Source: Caecitellus pseudoparvulus
Taxonomy: Eukaryota > Protista > Bigyra: Bicosoecida
NCBI GenBank assembly: GCA_965644315.1
Contig: CBFFRQ010000089.1
Coordinates: 124,001-188,000, forward strand
DNA: 64,000 bases
Direction of reading: 5' to 3'
A model generated the notes under the pieces. The model saw nothing but the letters and a program-made list of their open reading frames with translations. It did not search any database and was not told the DNA's origin. Below are positions 53,779-63,400 of the stretch, piece by piece. Positions within the stretch are counted from its first letter, which is position 1; every line of letters begins with the position of its first letter. The translations under genes were made by a program, and so were the position numbers.

Positions 53779-54485
53779 CAAGCCTCGCAGTTGAGGGGGT
53801 ACAGTCGCATGGCGAGTTTGTGGCGGGACGGAAGCGAGTACTCGAGAGATGCAAACATGGAATTTCATTATTGCATGATATGTTCAGAGCAGGGTCGGGG
53901 TGACAGCCTTGCCAGCGCACAGTGGGTCGCTCTGCGCCGAGCAGACGGTCCCAAGAATTCACACCCGCCTCGCCCGCAACTCGACTTTTAATACAGAAGA
54001 AGGACTTCCTGTGACTACTAGCACTCCTTATTACCAAGATTGTTGTCCAGCGATAAAAATTTGATTTGAATGGAGTGCGTTCGGGGGCTAGGGAGGAGCG
54101 TACTTGCGGGTGAAGTCATACACTGAAGAGGTGCCTTGGGTAGACGCAAGCGAAGCCGCAAAGTGGACACAGCAAATAACGACACACTTTTCGGCACAAT
54201 GTTTGAGTCGTGATTATTGTGGCCTTTGTCCAGTGCGGGCGGCGTCTGTGCACTGCAAGTTTTCACCCCTGTGCTGTGAAGTGGTTTTGGGCAAAAAGCC
54301 ATGCAGCCTGAAGACAAGAACCATCCACAGCATGGATGACACGAACAGACGCGATACGCTGCATACTCACAGCAGAACCTTCACCTGCTGCCGAAATCTG
54401 GCTTTTGTTGTGTGAACCAACGGGAAAAGTGATGCATTGCGGACAGAGTGGGGCCGGCAGCGCAGTGGAGGAATCAACCTGCATC

Positions 54486-57400
54486 TCAACGCCTTGTTGT
54501 CACCCCTAGCTTGCGTTTGCTCTTTTGAAATGACTTGCGCTGTTGACGAGACCCTGTAAAAGACATGCGACCCCGGTCATCCACGTGCCGACCCCCTGAC
54601 ATGCGCCTGTCCACCTGTAGTGAGGGCCTGAGTTCCTCCAACGCGCTGGGTTGCAAGTCACCCTGTGGTTGAGCTGCATCTGATTCAGGGGACAGAATCG
54701 CCTCTACCACACTCGCACGTCGCTGAGTCATGGGGGTGATTGAAACCACTACAGCTGAGGCCTGCTGCTCACCACTTGGCGTTCCAACCTCTTCTGGCTG
54801 AACTGCCGGCAAGTCGGGAACGCTCTCTCGAGCAGCAGCACCCAAGCCGCGCCTCCCGCCTCGCAAGGGGTGCTGGCCATCACCAACTTGGTACAACGGA
54901 TTTGCTCCTTGCACGATTCGAGCCGATGCCCCACTGCTGAGTGCTTGAAGGGGGTGCTGTTGGGACCCAACCTGGCTTGCCACACGCTCCACAGAGGCAG
55001 ATCGATGCATGTCACGTGCAGACGGCATGGCCATCAGGGTTGAAGCAGAGTCGCCCAACACATCCGCCATGCCAGTCTCCATGTCCAGTCCCTGCTCCTG
55101 CACCATGCCCAGCACACTCAGCACATCCGACGCTGGACGAGACGCTGTGGGTCGCATCTCGCCTCGCCGCACACACCGCTGCACCAAAGCCCACACAATG
55201 CTGCCCACACCTGGCACTTGGCTGTCGGTCACATCGCCCAGCTGGCCTCGGCTCCCACCTCTGGTGCTCGCGGTGCTCAGTTCAGGCAGCCATGCTCGCA
55301 GGCGCCGAGCCATACTCAGCATCACTGCTCGTGCTCGGCCACTGTACCCTCGAGCAACAGCCAGAGCCAGCCACAACAACACAAGCACGTGTCCGATGCC
55401 CGAGATGATGGATGCAGCAGTGGCCAGTCCGCCACCCACTGTGCCGACACCCACACACACCACCTGCACCAGGATGCCGCCATGGGCCAGCACATCCAGG
55501 TCGCTCAGCTCAGCCAGCGCCCACGGCCGACGGTGCTGCACGAGGGCCATGCTGCCCGCTACACCCACACCCACACACACCAGGCGAGCCACAATAGATG
55601 TCGTCATGCTGCCCATGACCGCCACCAGCACGACGAGGGCCATCTGCAAGGCAGGGAAGGCGTGTGTGGGCAGGAGGCGCCCGGCACCACAGCAAGCACG
55701 CTCACTGGCGCGTGCTGCTGCGACAGCCGCTGCTTGGAGTGCCTTGTCTGCTCCTGTGATTTGTGCAAGTTGCACTGCTTGTTGTGGCGTGTACTGCATG
55801 CGGTACCCCATCGTGCAGTAGGCAGGGATGGACGCCCCCCGCGGCAGCAGGTGCTCCGACCTCCGCCACTGCCGCCACGCCAGCACACTCAGCACTCCCA
55901 CCGTGGCCGCCAAGCACTGCAGCGTCAGGGAGGCAGCGTACCCGCCCACATCGGCCGCATGTCCAGCGGCATCGTCTGGACTGGACATGCCGCGCCACAC
56001 TGGCTGCAGCCCCACGACGCGGGCCTGACCCTGGATGACACTGGGCACCACCTGCATGTACGCCGCTGGCGCCAGGAGCAGGAAGATGGTGGTCCAGGTC
56101 TTGCCAGGTGCAGGGCGAGCGCACCAGAGCACAGCGGCACTGACACACAACAGCATGGCGCCGTACACGGCCATGATGATGTTGGCCGTGTCATGCGGGC
56201 TGCGGCTGTTGCCTCCGCCCGTGAGACACCCTGCACTTGGCATTGTCGCGACGCCAGCTCGCCCAGTCAGTGCGCCCAGGATGCCCAGGACATCCACGCC
56301 TTGGGCTGGCTCAGGCTGGCTCGCGTACATGGTGCCGTTGGGCGGCAGAGTCTGATGCTGGCCTGCTCGCCACGGCTGGGCCATGCCACAGACGTCGGCC
56401 CAGTGGCCCAGAGTGTGCGCTGTCGCCTGCAGTGTGCCTGGCGTGTCGGCAGCCAGTAGCGCCACCTGCCCCGCCATGCCGATGTACCACATGGCCAGGC
56501 GCAGGCCGCCACTGAACAGGGTCGTCGCGACACGATCTGGAGCACGTGCATAACCGTGCACTGCGAACAGGGACATGGCCAGGCCCAGCAGTACCTGTGC
56601 AGCTGTGGTGCCAGCCTTGACGACATCTGGCGCCACGCCATTGTAGGGACACTGGCGGCATGTGGTGCAGGGTGAGCGAGCAGCCCAGCCGTCGTCACAG
56701 GCTTGGCATGCGAGGCCGCGGTGTCCAGGCTGGCAACCCGTGAGGAGGCGCACGTCGGTGTGGGGAAGGCATGAGCCTGGTCGAGGGCAGGGGAGGATGA
56801 GGGCTTGTGGTGATGAGCAGTGTTGGGCACATGCGAGCTGGGCTGAGAAATGGGGAGCAATCTGAAGGTGGGATGAGAAGTTGGTGGAGGCGTGGGTGAG
56901 CGCCCAAGCTGAGCGGGGTGGGGAGGGCTGGGGAGTGGGAGACGGGCTTGGTGACTTGGAGACCGTGGGTAGGGGAGTGCTTGACTGAAGTGGAGTTCCT
57001 GCTATGGAGCTGGCGGTTGTGCTGAGGGGTGTAGCACTTCGTGTCTGAGTGGCAGTGGTGGAAACACTGTTTTTGGTACTGCCCGTCACGCTGGCGCTGC
57101 CGCTACTGCTGACACTGATGCTGGGCGTGACTGATGCACTGCCCGTCACGCTGGCGCTGCCGCTACTGCTGACACTGATGCTGGGCGTGACTGATGCACT
57201 GCCCGTCACGCTGGCGCTGCCACTACTGCTGACACTGATGCTGGGCGTGACTGATGCACTGCCCGTCACGCTGGCGCTGCCACTACTGCTGACACTGATG
57301 CTGGGCGTGACTGATGCACTGCCCGTCACGCTGGCGCTGCCACTACTGCTGACACTGATGCTGGGCGTGACTGATGCACTGCCCGTCACGCTGGCGCTGC

Positions 57401-60400
57401 CGCTACTGCTGACACTGATGCTGGGCGTGACTGATGCACTGCCCGTCACGCTGGCGCTGCCACTACTGCTGACACTGATGCTGGGCGTGACTGATGCACT
57501 GCCCGTCACGCTGGCGCTGCCGCTACTGCTGACACTGATGCTGGGCGTGACTGATGCACTGCCCGTCACGCTGGCGCTGCCACTACTGCTGACACTGATG
57601 CTGGGCGTGACTGATGCACTGCCCGTCACGCTGGCGCTGCCGCTACTGCTGACACTGATGCTGGGCGTGACTGATGCACTGCCCGTCACGCTGGCGCTGC
57701 CACTACTGCTGACACTGATGCTGGGCGTGACTGATGCACTGCCCGTCACGCTGGCGCTGCCACTACTGCTGACACTGATGCTGGGCGTGACTGATGCACT
57801 GCCCGTCACGCTGGCGCTGCCGCTACTGCTGACACTGATGCTGGGCGTGACTGATGCACTGCCCGTCACGCTGGCGCTGCCGCTACTGCTGACACTGATG
57901 CTGGGCGTGACTGATGCACTGCCCGTCACGCTGGCGCTGCCGCTACTGCTGACACTGATGCTGGGCGTGACTGATGCACTGCCCGTCACGCTGGCGCTGC
58001 CGCTACTGCTGACACTGATGCTGGGCGTGACTGATGCACTGCCCGTCACGCTGGCGCTGCCGCTACTGCTGACACTGATGCTGGGCGTGACTGATGCACT
58101 GCCCGTCACGCTGGCGCTGCCACTACTGCTGACACTGATGCTGGGCGTGACTGATGCACTGCCCGTCACGCTGGCGCTGCCGCTACTGCTGACACTGATG
58201 CTGGGCGTGACTGATGCACTGCCCGTCACGCTGGCGCTGCCGCTACTGCTGACACTGATGCTGGGCGTGACTGATGCACTGCCCGTCACGCTGGCGCTGC
58301 CGCTACTGCTGACACTGATGCTGGGCGTGACTGATGCACTGCCCGTCACGCTGGCGCTGCCGCTACTGCTGACACTGATGCTGGGCGTGACTGATGCACT
58401 GCCCGTCACGCTGGCGCTGCCACTACTGCTGACACTGATGCTGGGCGTGACTGATGCACTGCCCGTCACGCTGGCGCTGCCGCTACTGCTGATACTGGTG
58501 CTGGTGCTTGGGGTGGCAACTACAGTCAGAATCGGTGTGTCACTCTGACCTGCGGTCGGTGTAGCGATGCTCGCCACTGACGACGACGCGGTCACAGACG
58601 CTGAAGCTGTCCTGGACGCCGTGGTTGTTGCCGTTCTTGTGCTGGTCACTGACGACGTGACACTGCTGGTGCCCGTTGGAGTGATCGTTGTTGTGGCCGC
58701 GCCTGTCGGCGACACGCCGCTTGTGGCTGGCACTGTGCCGCTGACAGTGGAGGTGACAGACGATGTTGCAGAGGATGTGCCCGACGGTGACAGAGTGGAC
58801 AAGGCTGTGGCACCTGCTGACTTGCTCGAAGACGGCGCCACAGCGGCAGTGGACGTGCCAGACACAGTTACAGTCGCAGTGCTGCTGGGAACCGAGAGGG
58901 GGGTGCCTGTCGGTGTGTTCGATGAGCTTGGTGTCCTCAGTGTTGTTGGCGTTTGGGTGGGCGTGCGGCTGACAGTAGGCGTTGCAGTCGAACTGATCCA
59001 AGCGTGTGGTGCCACCTGCAGTGCTCGCCCAATGTGGATCGACGCAAAGTACACGCTTCCCACGTCTACGTACGCACCATGTCGCACAAATGGGCTGCCA
59101 AAGGCAATGCCCATATTTCCATCTGCGTTGATGTCGCCCAGCAGGACAGGGCGGCCGAGATTGGTGGCTGTTGGGTCAAAGATGGCGTCAAAGGCTCCGT
59201 AGCCCTGAGGAATGTGGTGGAATCGACGCAGCTGTGCCAAGGGGTCTTCGCCCGTATCTGCAACAACAACGTACAACGAGCCCTGCCCGCCATTCGAATT
59301 CGCTGCAGAGCCCAGCCACAAGTTGTTTGCTTGCTCCGTGGGGCGCGTGTTGAGGACCATGTTGCTGCCCACGAAGCCAAAGTCTTCGTCGGGAACGCGG
59401 AGGCTTTCCCACTCAAGCCACTTTCCAGGATGAGCAGCGTCGATCGGCTGGGCAGAGTTTGCGATGGTGCTCGAAGCAGCAACGGGATCTCTGTGTTCTA
59501 AATCCCCAGTGAGCTTAACAACAAAGACTGACGTCTCAACATCAGGCGAGTCGTGGCTGATGATGAGTGTATCTGCAGGCCCGCCATCCTCGATGACTCC
59601 GGGAGCGGCGACGCTGGAGCCCAGGTGCAGATTGTCCGTCTCAGGGAACTCACAATTGTCACAGCCGACGCCGATGAAAGCGATATGCTCAAACTCCATG
59701 CTATCCTTGTCCACTACAAGCAATATCACAGCTCCGATTTGCGCGTGGCCGGGCGCATTCGTTTGCGGCGCACCTATCGCAATGACGGCCTTGTCTCCAT
59801 TCAGCCACCCGTTATTCAGCACAGCGACGGAGTGACCTAGACGCTCCTTGGCTTGGTAAGCCGTTCCATTGTAGCTGATCAGTTCCGGATCCAAAACATC
59901 GCCAACATCGATGGGAGTGATGCTGCTCACAACTGCGTCGTAACTGAGGGAAATGATCGCAGCGCCACCACTCATGCCAAGGTCGGATGGACAGCCAACG
60001 ACGAATTCACCGTAGCCGTCGTTGCTGATGTTTCCTGCCCAGGCCATGCTGAATCCACAGTGCCCCAGAGCATGGCTTTCATGCAGCGCCGCCCATTCGC
60101 CCAGGTTGCCATCCACTCGCAGCGCACTCTTCACAGAGAAGTCGTCACGCATGAACAGGATGGTGACGGCACCAGCTTGAACACTCTCATGGACGGCAAG
60201 CGCAGAGCCCACTGCAATGTCCACTACTCCGTTGTGGTCAATGTCGTTCAGCGGCGCCATGGAAGACCCAAAGGTCTCCCCGGCACCCCCTCCAGAAAAG
60301 GCACCCAGCCCTGACAGGGCCGGATCAAGGGTGGGATTCAACTCCTGTCCATCCTGCAGCACACAAGCAGCGTGCTCAGTTTCCATGCTGGTCCACGCAG

Positions 60401-63400
60401 CAACCCCGCCACCGGCGTAACTTGGAGGCGGCACCCATGTGAACCGAACAAGTCCTCCAGAGCTGCTGGCGTCTGGCGCGTTGTGTCCCCATGCACCTGC
60501 GTACATGGACAAGCCTGCTTGGTCCCCATCCAGACCCAAGACAGCCAAGTGCCCCCACTGGGTGTTGCCTTCGCTGGGTTCGAGCTGTCCAAGCACGTTG
60601 GCCCCAAGAAACTGAGGGTGTTGCGGACGGATGGCCTCAAAGCTGCGAACAGAGAAATCTGAGTTCAAGAACACGATGGCAGCTGTTCCATGGCTGGTTG
60701 CGCCTTCCAGAGACGGCCCTTTGATATCAGCCAGGAGCAAGTCTGGCACGCCGTCACCGTTCAGGTCTGGCGCAACGCCTCCTCCATGCAAGGAAGGCTC
60801 GCCGGCTTTCGGTAGCACCAGCGAGAAGTCAAAGCCGGGGCCATCCGTGCATGTAGTGCCCGTGGAGATCTGTAACCGCTCCTCAAAGTGCCCATCGGGG
60901 AGCATAAGTCCCAACAGCACGACGGGGGGATCTGCTTTTGGTGCTGCGATGGCGATGCCGTTGCGAAGCCCGTCTCCTGTCACATCGCCCAGTGCAACGA
61001 GGCTGTGGCCAAGGCGGGCCCCAGAACTCAAGGTCGGGATGCCTCCACTTCCCAGCTCCAGTGCAGCGAAGGAATCCAGGCTTCCATTTGCATGTAAAAA
61101 CATCGTAAGAACCATGCCGCCGTCTGTGTCGTGAGCGAATGGCACTCCGGCGACGAAATCCACGACGCCGTCTGCGTTCAAGTCTTCCTGAAGTCCAGCC
61201 AGTGCCATGCCGAACCCGCTTTCACCATGAGAGCTTCCAATCACACCGTTTGGTAAGGCGTCGTCGTTGCGGTTGATGGAGTGCAGCAGCTCCAATTGCC
61301 CATCGAAGAGGACGCGACTGATGAGAATGGCCTCCCCAGTTTCCGTGTACTCCTTCCCAGAGCAGCCCACGGCAAGCTCAGGAAGCCCATCGCCATCTAC
61401 ATCTCCTAGCAGCGCGAGAGCTGCGCCGCAGTTCTGGTGCTCCTCTGAGCAGTACAGAGCAGCCGCTGGCATGGTTCCAAGTCGATCTTCATGCGTAAAC
61501 GCGGCAAGTGGCGCAACGGTCGGCGGCAACGTGCCGAGAACAAGGCCACCATAGCTGCCCACGCCGCCCGAACACGCCCCATGCACCGTGCGGGCACCTG
61601 GGATGCCCAGGAACACCTCAGCTGTTCCATCACACAGAGCATCAAATGGCAGCATGGCTCGTCCGAGGTTCTTGGACTGTGAATAATTCGACCGAAGTTC
61701 TGCCATGGCAGCGTCGCCGTGGGACTCGAAGCGGGCCGCCTCAATGCTACAACGCTGTGCTGGAACCAGCGCATGGTGATTCGGCGTGCGCTGGGTCCAG
61801 GGCGAGGCGTCTGGCAGTGGGTGGTATTCGACGAAGTGCACAACACCCTTCGCATCCACACCATCATACGGCAGACCCATGATGACGGCAGGGTGCCCAG
61901 AGCTCATGGCCTGCGTGAAGTTTCCAGCAAAGGCCAAGGTGGGCTTCTCATAAAAGGAGTCGGACCCAAGTCCACCCTTTTCCCTGCCAAGAGTATCGAA
62001 CCTCATGAGTGGAGGCTGACCATCAGATCGCTGACCACCAACTGTGAGCATGAACGCCTCTGTCCTGCACTGGATGGGCAGCTGCACAAGCTGAGAATAA
62101 GTTTGTGAGGGGGTTCGTGCTGTGGCTGGGAATGTTCCTGCCGCGGCCCTCAGCGTGCAGAAGGACTCTTCTTGAAAAGTGAGGGTCGTGCCGTACAGGT
62201 CTCGGGTTCCAGATGTGATGCTGAAGTGAGCTTGGAAACTCAGTTCGGTATCAATGCCAAGGAAAATGATGGAGCCCAAGTCCCCATTTGACTTTGGTGC
62301 AGACACGGCGATGGTTGTGAGTTCAGGGTCGAAGAGGTGCGCTTGCACATGGGCGACGCCCTCGCCAAACCATCCCTGCCCGTCTCCTCCGATGCCTGTC
62401 ATCCCCTCCAACGTTGGCAGGTTGTCCCCAGGCACCAAGACCGCGTTGTCTCCAAACGGAGAGCCCCGATCAGGCTGGAGCAAGTAGACGAAAACAGCCC
62501 CTTCATCTCCTGCATGCAAGAAGGCGCCAATGGCAACGTCAGGGCAGCCGTCTCGGTCAATGTCCCCGATGCCCGTCACGCCGGAACCAAACCCTTCTCC
62601 TGCTGGGCCAGGGAACGTGAAGTGCTGGTCCACACTTCCATCTGGACGTAAGTAGATGATGGTGACAAACCCGGGGTCACCTGCAGAGTGGTCGAAAGCC
62701 AAGCTGGACTCGGGTGCGCCCACCAGCAAGTCCGGCACACCATCCAGGTCAACATCGCCAATGGACGCGACGTCGTGGCCGAAGAAGGATGCTGGCGGGA
62801 CACCGAAATCCCCTCCAATGAGCAAGTAACCACCTGGAGAAGACGTGGGCCTCAGGTTGCGGTCGTCGATGTACCGGACCAGGACGTGTCCATGATTTCC
62901 TGGGCCTTCACCAGGAATGCCAGTGGCCAACAGGAACGCATCTGGGCGACCTGCGAAGTCACCATGGCACAGGCCTCGAACAATGGCAAGGCTGAGACCA
63001 CCCAGTGCACTTGATGGAAGTCCTTCAGCCTCAGCGTCGATGTTGAGTTCGGACACCACGTTTGACGCTCTGATTACATCGGGGCGGTTCGACAGCGCGA
63101 GAGAGTATGGCAGCCACTCCTCTGCAGCCGGGACATGAAGAACACCAAACGTTACTTGCGGTGGCTCAACGCTTCCCCACGCAATCAATGGTTGACGATG
63201 TTCTCCATTCTGGATCGATGCTCCGTTGGCAGAGAGGAACGCGGCAGAGCCAAAGTGTACGCCGAGCTGCAGATGAGAGTCTTCACTCCCATCCAGTCGA
63301 ACAGCTGGTTTGCGACCTACCCCTCCCAAGAGCCCCGCCACAAGGAACGCTCCTGTACCGTCATCACCTTCGGGGGAGTGAAGTAGAAGCTCTGGCAAGC

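Noticed and set aside
57078-58492. CRISPR-like array
   Set aside because: The units are contiguous with no unique spacers, there are no cas genes, and the context is eukaryotic coding sequence.
57049-58548. 499-aa plus-strand Leu-rich repeat ORF
   Set aside because: It is the antisense reading of the 60-bp minisatellite. A stop-free unit gives a long ORF automatically, and the minus frame is continuous with the receptor.
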